A DNA stretch of 53,200 nt from an uncultured Eubacteriales bacterium (GTDB lineage: Bacteria; Bacillota; Clostridia; Oscillospirales; Acutalibacteraceae). Below, one piece after another: positions 45,503-52,204 of the stretch (position 1 is its first letter; every line of letters starts with the position of its first letter). The position numbers and the translations under genes were made by a program. The DNA lies in NCBI GenBank assembly GCA_900316495.1, contig ONDC01000020.1, forward strand, positions 1 to 53,200. Reading direction: 5' to 3'. The notes beneath the pieces are model-generated. The model had not been told where the DNA came from, made no database searches, and was given only the letters and a program-made list of their open reading frames with translations.

Positions 45503-45838
45503 CTAATGACGTGCCGATTGATTGACGTAGGCTTGCAAAAGAGACAACAGGGTATTTTTTTCCTTATTGGTCAATAAATTGATCAATGTGCTTAATTCCT
45601 CATTCAGATAACTGCTGCCGTTAGTGGAAACCTTTGATACCAGATCGGAAACATCACATCGTAGAAAATCTGAGATATTCGCCAGTGTTGTCAGACTGAT
45701 TTTGGTTGTTCCTCTTTCCATATTGCTGACATAGCCAACAGATACATCCAGATATTCCGCTAAATCCTCCTGTGTTTTATTGAGGTTTTTTCTCTTTTCC
45801 TGAATACGCTTGCCTATCAGTTTAAAGTCAACAGCCAT
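45503..45838 (-). CDS. XRE-family HTH transcriptional regulator
   Basis: IGKRIQEKRKNLNKTQEDLAEYLDVSVGYVSNMERGTTKISLTTLANISDFLRCDVSDLV, plus a helical C-terminal extension. 111 aa. Confidence 0.85.
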   Translation of the reverse strand: MAVDFKLIGKRIQEKRKNLNKTQEDLAEYLDVSVGYVSNMERGTTKISLTTLANISDFLRCDVSDLVSKVSTNGSSYLNEELSTLINLLTNKEKNTLLSLLQAYVNQSARH

Positions 45839-45921
45839 TGTCCCACATCCTTTTTACCAAAAGAATAACATTAATAGGTTAAAATATACATAAATTAATA
45901 GATTAAATTAAACTTATAGTA

Positions 45922-45950
45922 TTGACTTTTGATTGGGATTATGTTATACT
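45922..45950 (+). promoter_or_regulatory. Sigma-70-type promoter of the two-gene cassette
   Basis: TTGACT (45922-45927), 17 nt, TATACT (45945-45950). Upstream direct repeats ATTAATAGnTTAAA (x2, 45873-45912) are candidate operators. Confidence 0.6.
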
Positions 45951-46026
45951 TTCATTAAACGGAAAAGCTTGAAGCATGACTTAGTAGATTTTTCCGTTAA
46001 TCATATTTTTTTGGAGGGTGTTACAT

Positions 46027-46563
46027 ATGGCACAACAAGTTTTAGGAACAATGACAGACAGCGGAAGTACACTGACGCTGCAAGGCAACGCGCTTCGCAC
46101 AGAGGATTCTATTGTGGCTCTGAGCAACATTACGCAGATCAAGTGTGTTGACGACACGCCGGAGTACAAGCTCCCATGGAAGCTGATGATTGTTTTAGCG
46201 GTTGCCGGATTAATCTTCTTCGGCTACGTGGATAGAGCTTTTTTCATGATCCTTCCCGGTCTTGGCTGCTTTGCGGGCATTGGTTATCTGATTTATAACT
46301 ATATGCAGAAGAAGAAGCATAGGATTTATGCTTTAGTGATTGAAATGTCTGCCGGCTCTTATCTGGCTTATCACAGCGATGATCTTGGTTTTCTGAATAA
46401 CGTGAAAAACACCATTTTTGACGCGGTTCAGAACGGTGCTGCACGCGCGGTTTATAATATTGATATGTCAAATAAAACTATCAATAGCAATAATACCGGA
46501 AGCGTAGTCGCGGAAGGACCAGTCAACGGACCCATTAACAATCGTGCGAACATTAACGGTTAA
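46027..46563 (+). CDS. Hypothetical two-TM membrane protein (split PH-like architecture, tentative)
   Basis: GGAGGG RBS before the ATG at 46027. Soluble N-terminal beta segment TLTLQGNALRTEDSIVALSNITQIKC. TM hairpin (WKLMIVLAVAGLIFFGYV / FFMILPGLGCFAGIGYLIY). Then HRIYALVIEMSAGSYLAYHSDD and an Asn/Gly-rich tail GSVVAEGPVNGPINN. Confidence 0.65.
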   Translation: MAQQVLGTMTDSGSTLTLQGNALRTEDSIVALSNITQIKCVDDTPEYKLPWKLMIVLAVAGLIFFGYVDRAFFMILPGLGCFAGIGYLIYNYMQKKKHRIYALVIEMSAGSYLAYHSDDLGFLNNVKNTIFDAVQNGAARAVYNIDMSNKTINSNNTGSVVAEGPVNGPINNRANING

Positions 46564-46584
46564 TTGACTGAGGAGTGATAATGA

Positions 46585-46914
46585 ATGTCAAATAATCAGA
46601 ACGTCGGCAGTGTGATTACCAACGGACCCGTCAATGGTTCGATTACCAATGTGTATAAAGGTTCTCCCACTATCCAAAGCTTTGGAGCGATTGATTGGAG
46701 TCGTCTTTCCGAGGAGGTTGCTCAATTGAATGCACGTCAGCTTCCTACTCACGCGAGGGAATTTGCTGCGGAAATGAAAAATGCCTGCGAAAAAAAGGAC
46801 GAGTCAAAGGTTAAGAGAGTATGCGGAAAGCTGGGCAGTTTTGTTCTGGCTTTTGCGGAATCGCTCGGTCTGGAATTGATCGCTTCCCTTATCACCGCGT
46901 GCATTATGGGCTGA
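46585..46914 (+). CDS. Hypothetical small protein: Asn/Gly-rich N-terminus, helical body, hydrophobic C-terminus
   Basis: GAGGAG RBS. MSNNQNVGSVITNGPVNGSITN repeats the motif at the C-terminus of the preceding protein. C-terminus GSFVLAFAESLGLELIASLITACIMG. Confidence 0.6.
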   Translation: MSNNQNVGSVITNGPVNGSITNVYKGSPTIQSFGAIDWSRLSEEVAQLNARQLPTHAREFAAEMKNACEKKDESKVKRVCGKLGSFVLAFAESLGLELIASLITACIMG

Positions 46915-46933
46915 GAATTACAAGATTCATTAG

Positions 46934-46977
46934 AAAAAGCTGCCATACACATGTTTCCGTGTGCGTGGCAGCTTTTT
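46934..46977. terminator. Bidirectional rho-independent terminator (cassette / proS)
   Basis: AAAAA-GCTGCCA (46939-46945) ... TGGCAGC (46966-46972)-TTTTT, lying between convergent genes. Confidence 0.65.
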
Positions 46978-47006
46978 CTATTATGTTCCAATCATTTTGA
47001 AAATCA

Positions 47007-48731
47007 TTACCCGTTGCACTTAGCCAGCAGTTCCTTCACCAGCGACTGAATCTCATCGGCGGCGGTTTCGGTGGAAACCTTCTTCTGCACGGATTTGTCG
47101 CGGGTGGCGATCTCCACCATGTTGTCCTTCATGTTGCGGGGACTGACGACGGCTCTGACCGGAATGCCAAGCAGGTCGCTGTCCGAGAACATCACGCCGG
47201 GACGCACGTTGCGGTCGTCGTAAATGACCTCCACGCCGCGCTTCTGCAATTCGTCATAGAGCGAATCGGCAAAGGCCTTGCACTGTGCGTCGTCGGAGCG
47301 CACGCAGCAAAGATTCACTTGCCACGGCGCAATGGACATCGGCCAGATGGGGCCGTAGTCGTCATGGTGCGCTTCGCAGACCGAGGCGGCGAGGCGTCCC
47401 ACGCCGATGCCGTAGCAGCCCATGATGGGATAGTGCATTTCGCCCTCGCTGTCCACATATTGCATGTTCATGGACTCGGTGTATTTGGTGCCAAGCTGGA
47501 AGATGTTGCCGACCTCGATACCTCTGGAAACATCAAGTGAATGCTTGCCGCAGACCGGGCAGACGCCCCCGACAAACGCTTTGGCAAAGTCGTGGTATTC
47601 CACCTTGCCGAAGTCGCGCTCCATGTTGAAGTTGACGTAGTGATAATCGACCTTGTTGCCGCCGCAGGGGAAGTTGGTCAGTCCGATCAGGGAGCTGTCA
47701 TACAGCACGGTGACATTCTCCGGCAACCCCTTGGGGCCGATGAAGCCGGCGACAATGCCGCAATCCTCGGTGACGGTGGCGGGATGAATGTCACAGTGCA
47801 GGAAGTTGGTGATCTTTGTCTCGTTCACGTCGAGATCGCCACGCAGGAAGATGACGATGTAGCTGTCGTCCATGTTGCGCTGATAAACCACCGCCTTGCA
47901 GGTCTTTTCGGGCGTGGTGCCGAGGAACTGACAGAGGTCTTCAATGGTGTGCGCGCCCGGGGTGTGGACAAGCTCCAGCTCCTTCAGCTCCGTGTCGGGC
48001 GTATTCTGAATGATGCAGTCGGCGGCTTCCATATTCGCGCTGTAGCCACACTCGCGGCAAAGCACGATGGAATCCTCGCCGACGGGGGTCAGCAGCATGA
48101 ATTCATGCGACACGCTGCCTCCCATCATGCCGGAATCGGACTTGACGGAGATGGTTTCTGGAATGCCGGCGCGGGCAAAGATGCGCTCATACGCCTTGTG
48201 GCAGCGGTCGTAATACTGCTCCAGATCCTCCTGCGAGGTGTGGAAGGAATAGGCGTCCTTCATGGTGAATTCGCGCACGCGGATCATACCGGCGCGGGGT
48301 CTTGCCTCGTCGCGGAATTTGGTCTGAATCTGGTAGATCATGAAGGGATATTTGGCGTAGGTGGTGGCGTAGTCGCGCACCAGATGAACGGCGGCTTCCT
48401 CATGAGTCATGCCCAGCACCATCGGGGTGCCGTTGCGGTCCTTGAAGCGGAGCAGCTCGCTTTGAATGGAATTGTAGCGTCCTGATTCCTCCCACAGGCT
48501 GCCGGGCATGACGACGGGGAAGAGTACCTCCTGCCCGTCGATGGCGTCCATTTCCTCGCGGATGATGTTTTCGATTTTGCGGAGAATTCGCTTCAAGGGC
48601 ATGTACTGCGAATAAATGCCGCTGGCCATGAATTTCATATAGCCGCCGCGGATCATCAGCGCGTGGCTGTCAATGGTACATTCGGCGGGTCTTTCCTTGA
48701 ACCTGTCGCCGACGAGTTTGTCAAGTTTCAT
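47007..48731 (-). CDS. proS: Proline--tRNA ligase (bacterial type with editing domain)
   Basis: GGYMKFMASGIYSQYMPLKRILRKIENIIREEMD, FRDEARPRAGMIRVREFTMKDAYSF (motif 2), and GCYGIGVGR (motif 3). 574 aa. Confidence 0.95.
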   Translation of the reverse strand: MKLDKLVGDRFKERPAECTIDSHALMIRGGYMKFMASGIYSQYMPLKRILRKIENIIREEMDAIDGQEVLFPVVMPGSLWEESGRYNSIQSELLRFKDRNGTPMVLGMTHEEAAVHLVRDYATTYAKYPFMIYQIQTKFRDEARPRAGMIRVREFTMKDAYSFHTSQEDLEQYYDRCHKAYERIFARAGIPETISVKSDSGMMGGSVSHEFMLLTPVGEDSIVLCRECGYSANMEAADCIIQNTPDTELKELELVHTPGAHTIEDLCQFLGTTPEKTCKAVVYQRNMDDSYIVIFLRGDLDVNETKITNFLHCDIHPATVTEDCGIVAGFIGPKGLPENVTVLYDSSLIGLTNFPCGGNKVDYHYVNFNMERDFGKVEYHDFAKAFVGGVCPVCGKHSLDVSRGIEVGNIFQLGTKYTESMNMQYVDSEGEMHYPIMGCYGIGVGRLAASVCEAHHDDYGPIWPMSIAPWQVNLCCVRSDDAQCKAFADSLYDELQKRGVEVIYDDRNVRPGVMFSDSDLLGIPVRAVVSPRNMKDNMVEIATRDKSVQKKVSTETAADEIQSLVKELLAKCNG

Positions 48732-48748
48732 ATTTTGACAACTTCTGT

Positions 48749-48777
48749 ATTTTACATCATTTTTCAGGGAAGGTCAA
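48749..48777 (-). promoter_or_regulatory. Sigma-70-type promoter of proS
   Basis: Minus strand reads TTGACC (48777-48772), 17 nt, TAAAAT (48754-48749), about 18 nt before the start codon. Confidence 0.6.
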
Positions 48778-48854
48778 GAGAAATGATAAAAAAGGGGGAT
48801 GAATTCTGTCGCCGTGGGTTGTAACGGCTTTTTTTCGGATTCTCAAAAATTTCC

Positions 48855-48883
48855 TTGTAAATCGTCTGAAAATATGTTAAAAT
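48855..48883 (+). promoter_or_regulatory. Candidate promoter of the SdpI-like gene
   Basis: TTGTAA (48855-48860), 17 nt, TAAAAT (48878-48883). Confidence 0.5.
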
Positions 48884-48926
48884 GTAATCGACCCAGTTGA
48901 ATACTAAAAGAAGAAGGGATTTGAAA

Positions 48927-49637
48927 ATGAAAATCATCAAAGGAATCCTCGCGCTGCTGCCGCTGGCGATTACGGCGGCGGTGATACCGTTCATGCCGGA
49001 TACCGTTCCGACGCATTACGATATCAACGGCAATGTCAACCGTTATGGCAGCCGGTACGAGCTGATGCTCATGCCGCTGCTCATTATTCTGGTTATGGGT
49101 GTGAGCGCGTTTACGATGAAGCGTTACACGAAGCTCGCGCAAGGCCCCGATGGCAGCCGGAACGTGAAAATCGCCAAAGCCAATCTCAGGTCGCTCAAGA
49201 TTATCTCACTGGTGTTTCCGGTCATGTTCGGCGTGCTGCAATGCTATATTCTCTACAAAACCTACCGGAATGCCTACGCGCCTGCCGCGAAGATCGATTC
49301 CGTCATGTTCGTGCGTGTGGCGAATATTCTCATAGGCGTCATCTGCGTTGTTTTCGGTAACATGATGCCGAAAATAGAACGCAACAATCTGTTCGGATTC
49401 CGCACCGCATGGAGTATGTATAACGACAACACATGGGCCAAATGCAATCGGCTGGGCGGTATCTTCTTTGTCGTCATCGGACTGCTGATCATCGTGACTT
49501 CCGCCATTGCGCCTCCGACCGCCAGCGTTTTCTTCCTGCTTGGCTATCTGTTTGTCGGTACAGTGATCCTGACGGTCTGTTCCTACAGGATTTACAAGGC
49601 GGAGAAAGCGCTCGAAAATCCTTCGGATAAAAAATGA
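48927..49637 (+). CDS. SdpI/YhfL-family membrane protein (DUF1648 plus SdpI domains)
   Basis: ATG at 48927. MPDTVPTHYDINGNVNRYGSRYELMLMPLL is DUF1648-like. RNNLFGFRTAWSMYNDNTWAKCNRLGG is the SdpI signature. Six TM segments. Confidence 0.75.
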   Translation: MKIIKGILALLPLAITAAVIPFMPDTVPTHYDINGNVNRYGSRYELMLMPLLIILVMGVSAFTMKRYTKLAQGPDGSRNVKIAKANLRSLKIISLVFPVMFGVLQCYILYKTYRNAYAPAAKIDSVMFVRVANILIGVICVVFGNMMPKIERNNLFGFRTAWSMYNDNTWAKCNRLGGIFFVVIGLLIIVTSAIAPPTASVFFLLGYLFVGTVILTVCSYRIYKAEKALENPSDKK

Positions 49638-49671
49638 GGTCAGCGGGAAAAGACTGATAAAAAAATAAAAT

Positions 49672-49723
49672 AAAAAAACGGCTCTCCGGTCATCGAGAAA
49701 ACCGGAGAGCCGCGTTTTTGTTT
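49672..49723. terminator. Bidirectional rho-independent terminator
   Basis: A-run, then the 11-bp perfect stem CGGCTCTCCGG (49679-49689) / CCGGAGAGCCG (49702-49712), then a T-run. Confidence 0.8.
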
Positions 49724-49759
49724 ACGAAGATGGGTTAGTAAGAGCAGATCGGCAAGCGC

Positions 49760-49867
49760 TTATTTAAGACCAAAGCGCTTCTTGAATCTGTCAACACGTC
49801 CGCCTGTATCAACCAACTTCTGCTTGCCCGTAAAGAACGGATGACATTTGGAACAAATTTCAACAAT
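49760..49867 (-). pseudogene. rpmE: Ribosomal protein L31 (type A) gene remnant: C-terminal 34-35 codons only
   Basis: Minus strand encodes (I)[34 protein letters not shown]-stop. An in-frame TAA (49868-49870) lies immediately upstream. No frame between 49868 and 49957 encodes the expected N-terminal half (MKxGIHP...CxC...). Confidence 0.65.
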
Positions 49868-49877
49868 TTACCGAAAT

Positions 49878-49906
49878 ATCATATCACACGGCGGCGAAAA
49901 AATCAA
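49878..49906 (-). promoter_or_regulatory. Promoter-like element directly upstream of the rpmE remnant
   Basis: Minus strand reads TTGATT (49906-49901), 17 nt, TG-n-TATGAT (49883-49878, extended -10). Confidence 0.45.
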
Positions 49907-49957
49907 GTCTTTTTTGAAATATTTTTTGAACCGTTCCGGCGGAAGGAAGAAAATGGA

Positions 49958-51337
49958 TTACTCCGCCACCACAGGCAGCTTGGCAAGGCTGGCGGCAAGC
50001 TCCTCGTCGGTGGGAATGTAGTCGGTCATCTCGCCGTTGTGGAATTTTTCATAAGCCACCATATCGAAGTAGCCCGTGCCGGTGAGTCCGAAGAGAATAG
50101 TCTTTTCCTCGCCGGTTTCCTTGCACTTGAGCGCCTCGTCGATGGCGGCGCGGATGGCGTGAGAGCTTTCGGGAGCGGGGAGAATGCCCTCCACTCTGGC
50201 GAACTGCTCCGCCGCCTTGAAGACGTCGGTCTGACAGACGGAGGTCGCCTCCATGTAGCCGTCGTGATAGAGCTGGGAGAGAATGCTGCTCATGCCGTGG
50301 TAGCGCAGACCGCCGGCGTGATTGGGAGCGGGAATGAAGCCGCTGCCGAGGGTGTACATCTTGGCGAGCGGACAGACTTTGCCGGTGTCGCAGAAGTCGT
50401 AGGCGAATTTACCCCTTGTCAGGCTCGGACAGGAAGCGGGTTCGACGGCAATAATGCGGTAATCAGCTTCGCCGCGCAGCTTTTCGCCCATGAAGGGGGC
50501 GATCAGACCGCCAAGGTTGGAGCCGCCGCCGGCGCAGCCGATGATGACGTCGGGCTTCACGCCGAGCTTGTCAAAAGCCGCCTTTGCCTCCAGACCGATG
50601 ATCGACTGGTGCAGCAACACCTGATTGAGCACGCTGCCCAATACATAGCGGTAGCCCTCGTTTTTGGTGGCGGCTTCTACCGCCTCGGAGATGGCGCAGC
50701 CGAGACTTCCGGTTGTACCGGGGAATTCGGCCAGAATCTTCCTGCCGATCTCTGTTTCGGTGGAGGGGGAAGGCGTTACCGACGCGCCGTAGGTGCGCAT
50801 GACCTCGCGGCGGAAGGGCTTCTGCTCGTAGGAGACCTTGACCATGTAGACCTTGCAGTCGAGACCGAAGAAGGAACACGCCATCGAAAGAGCGGTACCC
50901 CACTGACCCGCGCCTGTTTCGGTGGTGACGCCCTTCAGTCCCTGCTTCTTGGCGTAATACGCCTGTGCCATGGCGGAATTCAGCTTGTGGCTGCCGCTGG
51001 TGTTGTTGCCCTCGAATTTGTAATAAATCTTGGCGGGGGTGCCGAGCGCTTCCTCTAAGAAGTAAGCCCTGACCAGCGGAGAGGGACGGAACATCTTGTA
51101 GCAGTCCCTGATCTCCTGCGGAATTTCAATGTAGGCGGTGTCGTTGTCCAACTCCTGCTTAATCAGCTCGTCGCAGAAAATGGGGGCAAGCTCCTCCGCC
51201 TTGAGCGGCTGACCTGTGCCGGGATTGAGAAGGGGCGCGGGCTTGTTCTTCATGTCGGCGCGGACGTTGTACCATGCCTTCGGCAGCTCCTCCTCGGTGA
51301 GATATACCTTGTAGGGGATGTTTTTGTCCTGTTTCAT
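49958..51337 (-). CDS. TrpB-like PLP-dependent enzyme (tryptophan synthase beta, TrpB2 type)
   Basis: 459 aa. The N-terminal extension PYKVYLTEEELPKAWYNVRADM is typical of TrpB2. NTSGSHKLN (PLP lysine), GAGQWG and GCAGGGSN. No trpA is adjacent. Confidence 0.88.
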   Translation of the reverse strand: MKQDKNIPYKVYLTEEELPKAWYNVRADMKNKPAPLLNPGTGQPLKAEELAPIFCDELIKQELDNDTAYIEIPQEIRDCYKMFRPSPLVRAYFLEEALGTPAKIYYKFEGNNTSGSHKLNSAMAQAYYAKKQGLKGVTTETGAGQWGTALSMACSFFGLDCKVYMVKVSYEQKPFRREVMRTYGASVTPSPSTETEIGRKILAEFPGTTGSLGCAISEAVEAATKNEGYRYVLGSVLNQVLLHQSIIGLEAKAAFDKLGVKPDVIIGCAGGGSNLGGLIAPFMGEKLRGEADYRIIAVEPASCPSLTRGKFAYDFCDTGKVCPLAKMYTLGSGFIPAPNHAGGLRYHGMSSILSQLYHDGYMEATSVCQTDVFKAAEQFARVEGILPAPESSHAIRAAIDEALKCKETGEEKTILFGLTGTGYFDMVAYEKFHNGEMTDYIPTDEELAASLAKLPVVAE

Positions 51338-51397
51338 AGTGATCTTCCTTTCAAATGATTGATGAAAAAGCAGGTGTGTTGTTGGTTCAAGGAATAC

Positions 51398-51438
51398 AAA
51401 AAAACTCCTGTCCCAACTGCTGACTGCTGGGACAGGAG
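51398..51438 (-). terminator. Intrinsic terminator of the T-box leader
   Basis: CTCCTGTCCCA / TGGGACAGGAG, an 11-bp stem (51438-51428 / 51415-51405), followed on the minus strand by TTTTTTT. Confidence 0.8.
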
Positions 51439-51717
51439 CGTTGAATCAGTGAATTCAAAAAACTCCTGCGGTGCCACCCGGCTTGCCGGTTCCTGCTTGA
51501 AACCGACCACCTTTGCACGTACTTGAAAAAATACGCTTCGCCATGATAACGGGTGCGAATTCCCGTCGATTGCTACTTGCGCCCTGCTTTTGCAGCGGCG
51601 CTTTCGTTCGCCCTCATAAGTCCATTCGCCGAAGAACACATTGCGACGTTACACCAACCCGTCACTCTCTGAAAATGCAAATGCATCGGTTACTACTCTT
51701 ACTCTCAGGTTTTTGAT
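51398..51717 (-). promoter_or_regulatory. T-box riboswitch leader, probable tRNA-Trp specificity
   Basis: Minus strand shows Stem I elements AGAGAGTGACGGGTTGGTG and a specifier-loop context GAA-TGG-A (TGG at 51624-51622). It also has the F-box CCGTTA, the T-box sequence GGGTGGCACCGC (51479-51468) and a terminator/antiterminator alternative. Confidence 0.8.
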
Positions 51718-51723
51718 ATGGTG

Positions 51724-51752
51724 ATTATAGCATTGTTGTTTTAAAATGTCAA
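51724..51752 (-). promoter_or_regulatory. Consensus sigma-70-type promoter driving the T-box leader
   Basis: Minus strand reads TTGACA (51752-51747), 17 nt, TATAAT (51729-51724). Confidence 0.7.
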
Positions 51753-51829
51753 GATAGTATTGCAGAATTTTTAATTCTGAATATTTTTATCAGAAGTAAT
51801 TGTGTAAAACATATAAATTTCAAAGGGGA

Positions 51830-52030
51830 TCATTGCGCAATCAGCCCGTCAACCCATTCTATCAGCGCGTCAAAGAGTCCGAGAAGCATTCCGCCCGCAT
51901 CGCGCAGCGTTTCTCTTGCGCACAGCTCGACATAGCACATGGCGGCGGCGAACAGGCAGAGAATTATCGTCAGCGTCAGTGCGAAGAAATACGCCGACAC
52001 ATCCACATGCAACTGCGTCAGTTTTTTCAT
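51830..52030 (-). CDS. Hypothetical small membrane protein
   Basis: 66 codons starting at MKKLTQL, with GAAGGGA 9 nt upstream. One TM (YFFALTLTIILCLFAAAMCYV). I recognise no family. Confidence 0.4.
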   Translation of the reverse strand: MKKLTQLHVDVSAYFFALTLTIILCLFAAAMCYVELCARETLRDAGGMLLGLFDALIEWVDGLIAQ

Positions 52031-52101
52031 TCCGTTCATTCCCTTCAGTTCGGTTCTTTGATTCTGTTTTTCCCGTTATTCATGAATTTATACAAAATCA
52101 A

Positions 52102-52130
52102 TTGACTATTTCTCTCAGCGGCGGTATACT
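52102..52130 (+). promoter_or_regulatory. Candidate promoter of the LRR protein gene
   Basis: TTGACT (52102-52107), 17 nt, TATACT (52125-52130). Confidence 0.55.
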
Positions 52131-52204
52131 GTAATGGATGAAGTTCCCTTGGCAAATGATTCACACTTCACCACTCACTATTTTTCGGAAAGGCGGTTTT
52201 TTTC

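Noticed and set aside
48811-48835. Terminator-like hairpin GCCGT-N8-ACGGC plus T7 on the + strand, between the divergent proS and sdpI-like promoters
   Set aside because: The stem is only 5 bp and no + strand gene lies upstream for it to terminate. It is probably fortuitous, or at best a weak insulator.
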